A DNA stretch of 64,000 nt from Octopus sinensis (lineage: Eukaryota): positions 50,158,001 through 50,222,000 of the forward strand of contig NC_043003.1 of NCBI RefSeq assembly GCF_006345805.1, given 5' to 3'. Positions 25,706 to 38,807 of the stretch are shown one piece after another. The notes under the pieces were generated by a model. The model saw only the letters and a list, made by a program, of their open reading frames with translations, was not told the origin of the DNA and did no database searches. How positions within the stretch are numbered: position 1 is the first letter of the stretch; each line of letters begins with the position of its first letter. The position numbers and the translations under genes are program-made.

Positions 25706-26064
25706 TTGTGCGTGTACACACACACACACACACACAGTTATATATACTTATGATATATCATGTTAAGAACGTAATGGAGTTCAGTATAAAGCTCGCCCAC
25801 CTTCAGATTTCACCCTGAGCTAACCAGTAGTAGTATTATACGTTATTCTAGGTTTGCGTCTGGGCTTATGTCGTCTGGAGACGTTCTGGAGAACTACATT
25901 GCATAGAAACAATTGTAGTGATTGAAAATAAATGTCCGATCATACTCCTTGTTGACTTCACATTTTTAAAATTATATATATAGAAATATATATATAGTGA
26001 TTATAGAATAATTCTCCACCCATACTCCTTCTTGTTGACTCCAATTTTTTCAATTATATATATA

Positions 26065-26300
26065 TATTATTGATAGAAATGGCAAGACAACAAAAGAATG
26101 AAAGAGACCTCGATATTATACAAATGGAGGAATTTATCTGTAAATATAATGTGTGACAATTATTCGGTAGCCATGATAGAACTCCGAGTTTCGGATGCCG
26201 GGGCAGAAACTCACGCCGGCATCTCTTCAGTTATCCGGCCATCGAAAAAAATACTATGAAAATGACGTTAAAACGAAGGAAATTACTGTGTGATTGACCG

Positions 26301-26305
<5 letters not shown>
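26065..26305 (-). mobile_element. Short element between (TA)n tracts carrying a hammerhead motif (probable Penelope terminal-repeat remnant)
   Basis: Homologous to 51620-51855 over its full length. The Penelope assignment is inferred. Confidence 0.65.
26175..26235 (-). ncRNA. Type-I hammerhead ribozyme motif with long stem II
   Basis: gataa-CTGAAGA-gatgccgg(loop)ccggcatc-c-GAAAC-t(cgg)a-GT-T-ctatc. Core nucleotides intact. Confidence 0.65.
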
Positions 26306-26353
<48 letters not shown>

Positions 26354-26861
26354 CTATAAACGACTGAAGCAGATTTTGTAAGGAATATTGATTTGCATGC
26401 AACGTGGACGTGTTGCTTTAAACGCTGTTGGCTGTGGTAACAATTCGACAAAATAATCTCGTGTAGACCGTTAAAGGCTAAATAAGTACTGATTACATCG
26501 CGGCAGACGGGACTGTTGCATCACATGATTTAAGTGTGATATACGTTTCCTCAACACGCTTCCACCGATTGGCGTTCAAAATAAAACGTCGAAGTTAAGT
26601 TGAATGTGGCAATTCATATTCATTACAAAGGCTGGTTCCGTCGCTAAAGCTAATCTATATAAAGCCCACCATGTTTTTGCGACGCCATCGACTGCTTAGT
26701 CAGTGTTGAACTATAAGCGTTTGATGAATTTTCGTTCTGGAATTCGGTGGTAGGGTTCCTGTTACTGCTGAAGCTCAAATTATGCTGAAATCATGTGATG
26801 CCACAGTCCCATCAGTTGGTGCTGACGAAATTTCGTCTGCTGATATAATTGTGCTGATATA

Positions 26862-26928
<67 letters not shown>

Positions 26929-26961
26929 GAGAGACACACACACAGAGACAGAGATTCTTTT

Positions 26962-27140
26962 AATCTTTTACTTGTTTCATTCATTTGACTATGGCCATGC
27001 TGGAGCACCGCCTTTAGTCGAACAAATCGACCCTAGGACTTATTCTTTGTAAGCCTAGTACTTAATTCTATCGGTCTGGTATGTTTACGGGGACGTAAAC
27101 ACACCAGCATCGGTTGTCAAGCGATGTTGGGGGTCAAACA
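26962..27140 (-). mobile_element. SINE family 1, 3' half
   Basis: tcatttgactatggccatgctggagcaccgcc tail on the minus strand. Confidence 0.85.
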
Positions 27141-27168
27141 CAGACACACAAACACACACATACATACA

Positions 27169-27258
<90 letters not shown>

Positions 27259-27534
27259 CACATGTTTTATCTTTTATATATTCCTTAGACACTTATACGC
27301 TCAATATAACTCTCAGATGGAATAACAGGCCGAGATTTTCATTTACAAGTAAAATCGGCCCTATAGTATTATTTACAATGTCCGCCTACCCAGTTTAATT
27401 CACAAAGCTTGAGTCAATGTGATGCTTCAGAACATGACATTTGACTAGCGTACCATGAAACAGGACCGAAACCGCGATCTCGTGTTTGCAAAGCATACTT
27501 CTTAACCCTCCAACCACCAAGCGTCTACGTTCAT

Positions 27535-28456
27535 CAATACATGCATACATACATACATACATACATACATACATACATACTACATACATACATACATACA
27601 TACATACATACATACATACATACATACATACATACATACAACATACATACATGCATACATACATACTACATACATACATACATACATACAATACATACAT
27701 ACATACAATACATACATACATACATACATACATGCATACATACATACAATATGCATACATACAATACATACATACATATCATACATACATACATACAACA
27801 TACATACATACATACATACATACATACATACTACATACATACATACATACATACATACATACTACATACATGCATGCATGCATACATACATACATACATA
27901 CATACATACATACATACATACATACATACATACTTACATACATAAAAACGTACAGACACATACAGACACACACTCATACACACATACACACACATACACG
28001 CACATACACGCACACATACACACACACGGGATAATTGTCTCCGTGTGTATTGATTTTGTCTGTGCAATCTGTGGTTTTTATCGCTTTGTGAACCAATCGA
28101 ATCATCAAAATTGCAAGTATACTTTTGTATTTGTCAGAATTTGTGCGTTTGTGTTGTGTGTGTGTGTGTGTACGTAAATGCTTGTGGTATGAGTTTGTAT
28201 GTGTGAGCGTGTTTGTGTGTTTGTGTGTGTGTGTGTGTACGTCAGTGCTTGTGTGCGTGTGTGTGTGTGTGAGTTTGTATGTGTGTGCGTGTTTGTGTTT
28301 GTGTTTGTGTGTGTGTGTATGTGTATGTTGTGTGTGTGTTTGTGTGTGTGTGGGTGTGTTACAGCAGATCCTTGCCTACTCTCAAATCTCACATACACGA
28401 ATAAAAAAAGAAGAAAACGAAGAAAAAAAAACCCTGCAGACAATTTGCTGCTGCTG

Positions 28457-28489
<33 letters not shown>

Positions 28490-28509
28490 TACTACTACTA
28501 CTACTACTG

Positions 28510-28548
<39 letters not shown>

Positions 28549-28625
28549 ATAATAATAATAATGATGATGATGATGATGATGATGATGTTGATGATGATGA
28601 TGATGATGATAATAATGAGGAGGAA
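27535..28625. repeat. Long (TACA)n, (CA)n/(TG)n and (CTA/ATA/GAT)n microsatellite block
   Basis: Visible runs. Confidence 0.95.
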
Positions 28626-29135
28626 GTCTTTCGTCATGTACATATGAGATGACCTACTGACAACAGGTGAACACTTGCTTATGGGGCAAACGGGAACTTA
28701 ATAAGATGTTGCGTATAAATAAATGAACACACTCACACGGACACACATACACACACACACACACACAAAGACTCCCACATAAACACACACACACACACAC
28801 ACACATACACAGACTTCCACATAAACACACACACACACACACACAAATACACTCATACACAAATGACTGACTAACTGAATGAATGAATGAATGAATGAAT
28901 GAAAGAGGTCTTTGTCCCCCTTTGCTAACAATACATAATGATTGCTTGTGAAATAAGGGAGAATAATAAAAAAGAAGTATAATAAAAAAAAAAAGAGAAA
29001 AGAAAAGACAAAAAAAGTGCTTCGGTTTGCAGCCCTTGAAATAATTAAGTCCATTAACAAATTACAGAGTCACCTCAGGCTAAAACACAATACTCGGCTC
29101 GTTGAATATTTCAATACAAGACGCACGCATACACA

Positions 29136-29202
<67 letters not shown>

Positions 29203-29319
29203 TTTCTTTCTCATGCACTAACACATACACACGCATATATATATATATAAACGCACTCTCGCTGAATAATTGTCTCTTATGTATATATATATTTTTTTTA
29301 CATATACATTTATGTATGC

Positions 29320-29387
<68 letters not shown>

Positions 29388-29412
29388 CAGTCACTTGTGT
29401 GGTGTATATATG

Positions 29413-29448
<36 letters not shown>

Positions 29449-30794
29449 TATATACATACACACATAAACACATAATTTTCACTACTACCACACATACGCG
29501 CGTGCGCACCGATGTATTTTACTTTTCTTTGGCCACAATACTTCTACATTATTCTTTTTGCTCTTATCTCATCTAATTTACTTTTTTCTAATTTCTTTTC
29601 TTTTTATTTAATATATACATACGTTTGTTTGTTTGCTTCTTTGTTTGGTTTGTTTATCTATTCATTCGTTCATTTATCTATTCACCTTCAATGAACTTTG
29701 AATGAGTTATGAGTTGAATGGTACAACTTTTCCGCTTCTCCCCGGTTTTGTTTTCCTCTTATTATTTATTATTAAAGTAAAATAAAATTATCACTCATAA
29801 CTATCGTTTCTACTCTAGACATAAACCCTGAAATATTGAGAGGAGGGGATCAATCGATATCATTGATCGTACAATTTGACTGTTGCTATATTTTATCGAA
29901 ATGAAAAGAAAAGTTGTCCCCGGTAGAATCTCTACTACGAAGATAAAAACCAAAACAAAAGTAAGGCATCGACTTAGCACCAGTCAGAATCGACTTTGTT
30001 AAAGCATTATCAAATGAAATTTTCTTTATGGATCATGCAAAAAAAAACAAAAAAAAAGCCAGAATAAATGTCCATAGAATACCTTCTCTTCCAACTCGGG
30101 GGTGACCCAAAAAGTTTGTTTTAAAGTCTTAAAATTTTATATACACACATTACATTTTTATGATGGCTACCCGTGTCACCCTGTCCTAAAATCAAAACAT
30201 AATTTGATGTACAAGAGGAATAAAATTAACTGTTCAGTGAACAATTAAAAGAAGAAAGTGCTCCAAATACTCAAAGATGTAGTTTAGAAGACAGCGACAA
30301 TAATAGCAACAACAATAGCCGTAGCGACGCTTAGGTGATTTAAAATGTTGCAATCCGTTCATACAATATTTATGCTAAGGTAAATTCTCTCTTAGTACAA
30401 ACTGAACAAACAGAATTTGTAGACCTATCAGTGTTGTCAAAAAGAAGAAGTACGTAGGAGAATTTACTTGAACCGAATGGTGTTTCATCGCCACAGGAAC
30501 TAATGTAGAGAAGGTCTACGACAAAAATTATACATCTCTGCTTATGAAAAGACGCATGCAGATTGAATGTTCACTCACGTCAAGTAGAACTTGTTCTCCA
30601 AGGCATTTCAAGAAACATTTTCTCAGTTGAAAAAAAATAAAACATATGGTATTATCTGCTGAACCTTTACAACAATACTCAGCCAAAACACTTGCTGAAA
30701 TTGTCAGACATACTTTTGACTGTACATTTATACCCTTGTACATGGGTCAAAGAAACATGAACGTGACAATAAGAAACGTCAAAAACATGACATA

Positions 30795-31011
30795 CGAGGA
30801 GGTGTTAAAAAGTTCCTGGCTTTAAGAGTATTGCGAAACGCCTGTTTGGAGACCCAAAATTCCGAGTTCTTTTACAGGGCTTAGAAAAGCTGAAGGACCA
30901 CTGCAATAAGTGTGTGATTCTGAGAAGGAAATATGTTGAATAGAATTATATTCAATTGATCTTCCTGAAATTTCTTTTATTCAAAACCAGGAACTTTTCA
31001 GCATCTCCCTG
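30795..31011. mobile_element. Mariner-derived MITE, full copy
   Basis: TA|cgaggaggtgttaaaaagttcctgg ... ccaggaacttttcagcatctccctg|TA. Homologous to 14951-15167. Confidence 0.88.
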
Positions 31012-31344
31012 TAGATCATTGGATAGTAGTGAATTTAGTATCGCGTTATGAGAGAATGCTCAAAACACGCTTAACCCTACTTTGGCCATTCTGGAGAGTG
31101 GATGTTGAAATGCATTTGCAACTTTTAATAACACCCGATGACCATAGAGCTGTACCAGAATTGTACCCTGTAGAAAGGGCTGAAACAAAAGGCACGGGAT
31201 TGATAATACAGCGTGGAAAGCCTAGTTGGTACATTTGCTGGAAAAATTAATCTTAGAGCTGACTGCCCAGAAGAACTGAACAGCAACTGCAGAAAGAACA
31301 ACAAATCTGCTTCCTGATTACCACTAGCTGAAGCCCGTCCTATA

Positions 31345-31595
31345 TTCTTTTACTCTTTTACTTGTTTCAGTCATTTGACTGAGGCCATGATGGAACACCG
31401 CCTTTTATCGAGCATATCGACCCCAGGACTTATTCTTTGTAAGCCTAGTACTTATTCTATTGGTCTCTTTTGCGGAACCGCTAAGTTACGGGGATGTAAA
31501 CACACCGGCATCGGTTGTCAAGCGATGTTGGGGGGGGGGACAAACAGACACACAAACATATACACACACATACACATACATATATGTATTCTATA

Positions 31596-31626
<31 letters not shown>

Positions 31627-31690
31627 GACGGGCTTCTTTCAGTTTCCGTCTACCAAATCCACTCACAGGGCTTTGGTCGGCCTGAGGCTA
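31345..31690 (-). mobile_element. SINE family 1 lacking its head
   Basis: Tail, internal microsatellite and tttcagtttccgtctaccaaatccactcac segment. Confidence 0.85.
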
Positions 31691-32104
31691 CAGTTGCGTA
31701 CTGGGGTCAATCTAATCTACTGGCCCCATCTCCAAAAATGTCGGGTCTTCTGCCTAGAGTAGGAAAGAATACACAAAACTCCACACGTTTTCTTTTTTTT
31801 TTTTCGTGGGACTCGTATATGTTATATCTCATCCATGTCTTGTATTTAATAAAGAAGGATCGTTAGCAGTATTTCTTCCAGCTCTTTAACGTTTTGAGTT
31901 CAAATCCCATCAATATCAACTTTGCTTTTCATCCTTCGTGGTTCGATAAAACAAAGTCGACTACATCGACCGAAGTCCCAGTCAAATATTTCTGTCGATG
32001 TAATCGACTCACCCCTAACCCCAGATACTTGGTGTTTTATCAAAATTGGAGACGATCATCATCCATCCATCATCACCCCACCCATCATAATCCTCATTAA
32101 CAAC

Positions 32105-32295
32105 GGCGTAGGAGTGGTTTTGTGGTAAGTAACTTACTTACGAACCACATGGTTCCGGGTTCAGTCCCACTGCGTGGCACCTTGGGCAAGTGTCTTCTAC
32201 TATAGACTCGGGACGACCAAAGCCTTGTGAGTGGATTTGGTAGACGGAAACTGAAAGAAACCTGTCGTATATATGTATATATATACATATATATA

Positions 32296-32381
<86 letters not shown>

Positions 32382-32640
32382 ATATATATGTGTGTGTGTT
32401 GTGTGTGTGTGTGGTGTGTGTGTATGTTTGTGATTTTGTGTTTGTCCCCACAACATCGCTTGACAACCGATGCTGGTGTGTTTACGTCCCCGTAACTTAG
32501 CGCTTCGGCAAAAAGTGACCGATACAATAAGTACTAGGCTTACAAAGAATAAGTCCTGGGGTCGATTTGCTCGACTATATGCGGTGCTCCAGCATGGCTA
32601 CAGTGAAATGACTGAAACAAGTAAAAGAGTAAAAGAGTAA
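32105..32640 (+). mobile_element. Full SINE family 1 with expanded internal (TA)n(TG)n
   Basis: Same head and tail as 7955-8357. Confidence 0.9.
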
Positions 32641-32689
32641 CGGTAGCGACACCAGGAGAAACAGGACAAACTCGAATGGCAGCAGTAAC

Positions 32690-32819
32690 CCATCGTATCA
32701 TCAACAAACATTATCCTTACCAACACAACGAGGAAGATCATCATCATCACAGCCAAATCTCCACCAAAATCGCCATCATCATATTATCATCGTCATCATC
32801 ATCATCGTCATCATCATCG

Positions 32820-32852
<33 letters not shown>

Positions 32853-33020
32853 CCATCATCATCATCGCTTCTATCTCCAGCTCAACCACCGCCATATTCA
32901 CAACAAGAACCACCTCGACAAATTAGTTTCATTATGCTAGAAGCAGCATTCCCCATCTTCTCCCGTCCCTGCTTCTCCCTCATCAGCTTCATCATCGACA
33001 TCGTAATAATAATAATAATA

Positions 33021-33080
<60 letters not shown>
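32690..33080. repeat. (ATC)n / (ATA)n / (GAT)n microsatellites
   Basis: Visible runs; source of the poly-Ser/poly-Met ORF. Confidence 0.9.
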
Positions 33081-33081
<1 letters not shown>

Positions 33082-33805
33082 GGATAATCTTTATCCATAA
33101 GGTCATCGGCATGTCGTCACTTAGTCTGCATCGTATTGCGAGACCAGAAATTGTGTTTTTTCAATTTTATTTTTTATTTTCGAAACAAAAGAATGCACAA
33201 AGAAAATGAAAAGAAAGAAAATATTAAAAAAACAAAACAAAGAAAAGAGGAAAAGAAAATGGCGTTCGCGGGGGCAGAGGGGTGAAAAAGATGGGGGGGA
33301 AGGGGTGGAGGAAAATTGTAGACATCATATTATCAATGAACTGAATGATTCAACTCCTCGTAGTAGACAATAGAGTGTCTGCGACCTCAACAGGTTGTGG
33401 GGGTTATGTTATGTGTATAGGAGGGTGATGGGTGACTGCTTGTGAGAAAGAGAGAGATATGTGGTTGATAGATTAGTATAAGATAGTGGGTAAGTACATG
33501 AGAGAGAGAGAGAAAGAGATGAGAGAGGGAGAAATGAAAGAGGAAAAGGAGAAATAAGAGAGGAGAGGGAGTAATGAGGGGAAAAGAAATGGAAGACAAC
33601 GAAATTATTTCAACTCTGCAGTTAACAAGCCGGTTGACTTGTATTTGCAATTGCAGTATGTGTGGGGGTGTATGTGGGGGGTATTAGTATAAGTATTAGT
33701 GATGTGTTGCTTATCTTTATTTTATAGTTTCGAGGCGGGACAGTGTCCAACTGGGCTTTCGTGACACACAACATATACATATATGCACAGACACACAAAC
33801 ATATG

Positions 33806-33842
<37 letters not shown>

Positions 33843-33854
33843 TATATATATATA

Positions 33855-34048
33855 TATGGTGAGAGTTTACGAAAATAACAAAAGACGAAGACAGGTGGTG
33901 TACAAAACAAACAGATGTATTAGTATAACGTTCAGGAATAGAAAAAAGCCTTTTTACGTTTCGGGCCTACGCTCATCTACAGAAAGGGACACAGAAAAAA
34001 CAAGGAGAGAAAAAAATGTGTGTAGTGGCTAACGATCTATCATGGCGA

Positions 34049-34050
<2 letters not shown>
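33855..34050 (-). mobile_element. Solo Penelope terminal-repeat remnant flanked by (TA)n
   Basis: Homologous to 9590-9800 (aaagacgaag.caggtgg...aacgtttcg.gcctacgctc...gtagtggctaacga). Confidence 0.8.
33949..33987 (-). ncRNA. Degenerate minimal hammerhead motif
   Basis: ccttt-CTGTAGA-t-gagc(gtag)gccc-GAAAC-GT-A-aaaagg. Shares U6 with the copy at 9689-9726. Confidence 0.45.
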
Positions 34051-34085
<35 letters not shown>

Positions 34086-34107
34086 TTTCAGTTTCCGGCT
34101 ACCAAAT

Positions 34108-34335
34108 CCACTAGACCACCAACTGGCAGAGTCCTTAGCACGTCGGGTAAAATACTTACCGGCATTTCGCCCGTCCTTCGGTTCTGAGCTTAAATTCCGC
34201 CGAGGTTGACTTTGCCTTTCATCCGTTCGGAGTCGATAAAATAAGCACTAGTTTAGCAACGGGGTTGATATAATCGACTTACCCGCCCCACCTCACCGAA
34301 CTTGCTGAACTTGTGCCAAAGATTTGAAACCAATA
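34108..34335 (+). mobile_element. SINE family 2, tail-C variant
   Basis: Family-2 head and body, tail cttgtgccaaagatttgaaaccaat. Confidence 0.8.
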
Positions 34336-34930
34336 TTATAATTATTATCAACGGTGTGGGTTGGCACAATCGTTAGCACACCGGGCAAAACGCTTTGCGA
34401 CATTTCGTCCGTCTTTACATTCGGGGTTCAAATTTGCTTGTCTTTCACGGCGTGAAAAATGCGCATGTATATGTGTATTCTTATAAATAATCTTATTTGC
34501 CACAACAGGTTAAATATTTCGTTTATTCAACATTTAAGGATATTAAATACGCATTTCTATACTTGACTAAAGGAGAGTCTAAAATCTTGAATAAAATTAA
34601 CAAGAATTCGATCAACAGAAATTACTCAAGTAATTTCTTTGTAAAACCTCTCTATGTGGGTGTTTAAAAGGGAGGTAACTCTAATACGATAGTCAATAGA
34701 TTTAAAATGGGTTCCAGGAGATTTTCTGGCCATTCCGATTCACGCAAGATATCGCCTTTAGTTGTTCAAAAGATCATTTTGAATACAGAAATCTTCGATA
34801 CTTGCAAAAAACATGTCTTCTCTAAACATTTCAAGGAATGACTATTGGATTGGCGCAGCGATTGTGCACATGAAGTGGTTGATCTATTACCATGACTTGT
34901 ATTGGTTCTGAATTTATCTATCTATCTATC

Positions 34931-34996
<66 letters not shown>

Positions 34997-35477
34997 ATCT
35001 GCATATTTATGCATATATATATATATATATATTATAATATTATATATATATTATATATTATATATTATATATATATATATATAAATTTGACATGGGCGAT
35101 TCTTTCTTGTGTGTGTGTGGTATATATATATATATATATATATATGCTAATAATTATTTAAATATAAATACATAAATATATTCTTATAATTATATGATTA
35201 TACATACATACATACATACATACATACATACATACATACAGGGTTTCTGTGGAGAAAGAGGGGAGAAGAGAGAGACCTACTCTCTTACTCTAAACTTACC
35301 TCAGCTCTTTCTCTCCTTCCTCCTCCTATTCTTCCTCTCTCATATTCATGTTGTCTGAGTTGTTTCCGGTACCCATTCTTCCTTTCTTTCTCTCTATTTC
35401 TTCTTTCCTCTCTCTGTCATTCCGGTACATATTCCGGCATCCAAGGACTATCGAGTTGTTTTTAACTAAAAACTTAG

Positions 35478-35516
<39 letters not shown>

Positions 35517-35769
35517 GTTTTATCAGTTAATGCAAAAGGCAGCACTGGAAAGAAATGTTACGGTGTTTGCTTACGTCTCTTTCCGTTCTGGGTTTAAAAT
35601 CCCACCGAGATCAACCTTGGTGTTTGGGGGATCGATGAACTCAAGTACTGGGTTTGATGTAATCATTTGCACCTGTGACGTTCCAGGTGGCCCTGATGGA
35701 CCACCACCGGTCCGTACTGAAGTTTTTGCAGTCAGCTGTGTGTTTTATGTCCTACTATGTAATATATAC

Positions 35770-35800
<31 letters not shown>

Positions 35801-36124
35801 TGTATGTATGTATGTATGTATGTATGTATGTATGTATGTATGTATGTATGTATGTATGTGTGTATGTATGTGTGTATGTATGTATGTATTTATGTATGTG
35901 TGTGCGTGTGCGCGTGTGTATGTATGTGTACGTGTGTATGCATGCGTAGTTATACCTATATATGTTTATGTATGTATATATGTGTATATGTGCGTGTATG
36001 CATGTGTGTATGTGTGTGTATGTGTGTGTATGTATGTGTGTATGTCTGTATGAATGTGTGTTTGCATGTATGTATGAGTGTGTATGTATGTATGTATGTA
36101 TTTATGTATGAGTGCGTATGAAAC

Positions 36125-36371
36125 TCTTTTACTCACTCTCTTACTCTTTTACTTGTTTCAGTCATTTGACTGCGGCCATGCTGGAGCAACGCCTTTACTC
36201 GAGCAAATCGTGCCCGGGACTTATTCTTTGTAAGCCCAGTACTTATCCTAACGGTCCCTTTTGCCGAACCGCTAGGTTACGGGGACATAAACACACCAGC
36301 GTCGGTTGTCAAGCAATGCTAGAGGGACAAACACTCACACAAACATACACACACACACACACACACACACA

Positions 36372-36423
<52 letters not shown>

Positions 36424-36590
36424 TACGACTGGCTTCTTTCAATTTCCGTCTACCAAATCCAGTCAGACGGCTTTGGTCGGCCCGAGGCTATAGTAGAAGA
36501 CACTTGCCCAATGTGCCACGCAGTGAGACTGAACCTGGAACCATGTGGTTCGTAAGCAAGCTACTTACCACACAGTCACTCCTGCGCCTA
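36125..36590 (-). mobile_element. Full SINE family 1
   Basis: Head cttaccacacagtcactcctgcgcc and tail tcatttgactgcggccatgctggagc on the minus strand. Confidence 0.9.
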
Positions 36591-36869
36591 TGATCAATTA
36601 AAAATAAATCTATATTCTAGGAACCACCAAGTTTTCTCCATAGATTTAGTGATAGATAATTCTTTCTGACAAATGATTCTAAATCTGTGATCTAACAATT
36701 CCCCAAAACGTGTGGCTTTCAATCAATGCGTGTATTGGATTGTATTTGTCTTTGTCAGTGTTGTTTAAATGCAAGTCAGTCAACTCTGATGGAGCTACAA
36801 TATGTACACATACCTTCCAACCGTTACTATCCCGCGGTTTTCAGATGTCTGTAGGACTACAGAATGAAG

Positions 36870-37145
36870 GTGCATGGCTTAGAGGTTAAAATATTCGGCT
36901 GACGATTGTAAGGTTGTGAAGTTGATTCCCGACGACTTGTTGTATCATTGAGCAAGACACTCAGCTGGCAAAAATGTGTTGTAGCTGAAATTGAAAAAGG
37001 CCATCCTTAACAATTTCTGTATCACGCTGAATCTCTCCCTAAGAACTACGTTAAGGGCACGCGTGCCTGTGGAGTGCTCAGTCACATGCACGTTAATTTC
37101 ACGAGCAGAACACTCATCGTCGTAACTGACGGAGAACCAGACCAA
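36870..37145 (+). mobile_element. SINE family 5 (internally deleted)
   Basis: ggtgcatggcttagaggtt A-box-like head, gttgattccc B-box-like, cactcagctggcaaaaatg domain, tail tcgtcgtaactgacggag. Confidence 0.7.
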
Positions 37146-37219
37146 GATTAGAAGTCTCATTGATCATTGTTGTTTCGTTATTTAAAGATCTAGGCAGTAA
37201 TTTGAGGAAATCTGCTGCT

Positions 37220-37781
37220 CTTCTTCTTCTTCTTCTTCTTCTTCTTCTTCTTCTTCTTCTTCTTCTTCTTCTTCTTCTTCTTCTTCTTCTTCTTCTTCTT
37301 CTAATCAGGACTCACGCCATTAGCCACAAAGATTAATCTCTAATTCAAGCGTACTCTAAGATACTAAGAATGCGTGTGGCAACTTGAAGATCCACCCACC
37401 ACACGCGGTAGACTGGCGGTTGCACGAGTGCGAAAGCTACGTTGTTATCCTCATTCCATAAACGGTGGCTTTTAACGGGTGGAGAGCTGAACCATCCTGG
37501 GGTACAGAGGATTCGCAATCTAGACTAGGGTCTCAAAGTTTACCACACCATAGTGGGTTACAAAATGGTTCCTCTGATTTGTGGCAGAAGTAGGAAGAAA
37601 GAGTGAGAGAAAGTTGTGGTGAAAGAGTACAGCGGGGTTCATCACCCCTGCTCGCCAGAGCCTCGTAGAGCTTAGGTGTTTTTGCTCAATAAACACTCAC
37701 AATGCCCGGTCTGGGAATCGAAACCGCGTTCTTACGACCGCGAGTCCGCTGCCCTAACCACTGGGACATTGCGCATCCACT
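37220..37781 (-). mobile_element. Chimeric SINE: family-3 head plus a different ~290-bp body plus (GAA)n tail
   Basis: Whole unit flanked by tctgctgct (37211-37219 and 37782-37790). Confidence 0.8.
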
Positions 37782-37954
37782 TCTGCTGCTGTTATTTGTA
37801 GTTGGCCGTACGACCGCATAGAGGTTTCCTCGTGGGCCGGTTAATTGACGACATCGGTAAAGTGCACTAAAGAGAATGTACCTAGTCTCATCTCTCTATA
37901 TTCTCAGTCCTCGTTACACCAAATCTTTTATTCTGGTACGTCTATCAGTCATTA

Positions 37955-38292
37955 CACTGCGACCATGCTGGAGCAACGCCTTGAATTAAAAAAAAAAATT
38001 TGGTCGAATGTTGTTATTTTTTAAAAGTCTGGTACTTAGTCTTGTGATATCTGTTGCCGAACCGCTAAGTGACGGGGACACAAACACACCAACACCGATT
38101 GCTAAGCGGTAGTCGGAGGGAGGGGACAAACACTGACACAAAGACACACACACACATAGTACAGGCTTCTTTCAGTTTCCGTGTACCAAATCCACTCTCA
38201 AGGCTTTGATCGGCCTGCGGCTATAGTATAGAATTAACCCAGGACCATGTAGTTGGGAAGCAAACTTCTTATCACACAGCCACGCCTGCGCC
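37955..38292 (-). mobile_element. SINE family 1, internally deleted
   Basis: Head, middle and tail motifs are recognisable. Confidence 0.8.
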
Positions 38293-38807
38293 TGTCTGTT
38301 TTCCCTGTATATGTCAAAGGTCAGGTAGGTTGACGTGCTGGTAGAAACGTTAGAGCCTCGGTAAAATAAAATAGAACGAAACACTACAGTTTAAGGTGGG
38401 TGATTACAGCACATAACGTTTGAGCTGTTTAAGTGCGTGTCTCTACAGTGTTCGAATTCAACTGAGGTCAACTACGCCTTTTTATACTTACAAGAGTATA
38501 TAGAAGTAAAATACCTGCCAGGTATGAAATTTAATCTTATTGACCTTGATGTATTTTTATTGACACACCTAATGAACTATAGTTCGTTCCTTATACATAT
38601 GTTAGAAAAAAAATATCTAGAAGGGTGATCGACAGATTCAATGAAGTCATACTGTATTTACACACGACCCTCCAAACCAAGTTGGGTTCGGGTTCATTTT
38701 CTTCCTTACGGAGGTGATAAAATAAAGGGCCAATCAAATACTGGAATCGATATAAAATGCTATACGACATCTCTTCTCTACAAATGTACTGCCTTATGTT
38801 AACGTTT

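Noticed and set aside
31075-31170. Minus-strand exon with strong acceptor (also 54300-54337, 47800-47855, 5657-5740)
   Set aside because: Each has only one convincing splice site or an ambiguous frame, and no recognisable peptide.
35685-35735. Hammerhead-like ctgatg-gacc(accacc)ggtc-c-gtactgaagttt
   Set aside because: It lacks A9, has an altered GAAA and has no stem I pairing; at most a dead relic.
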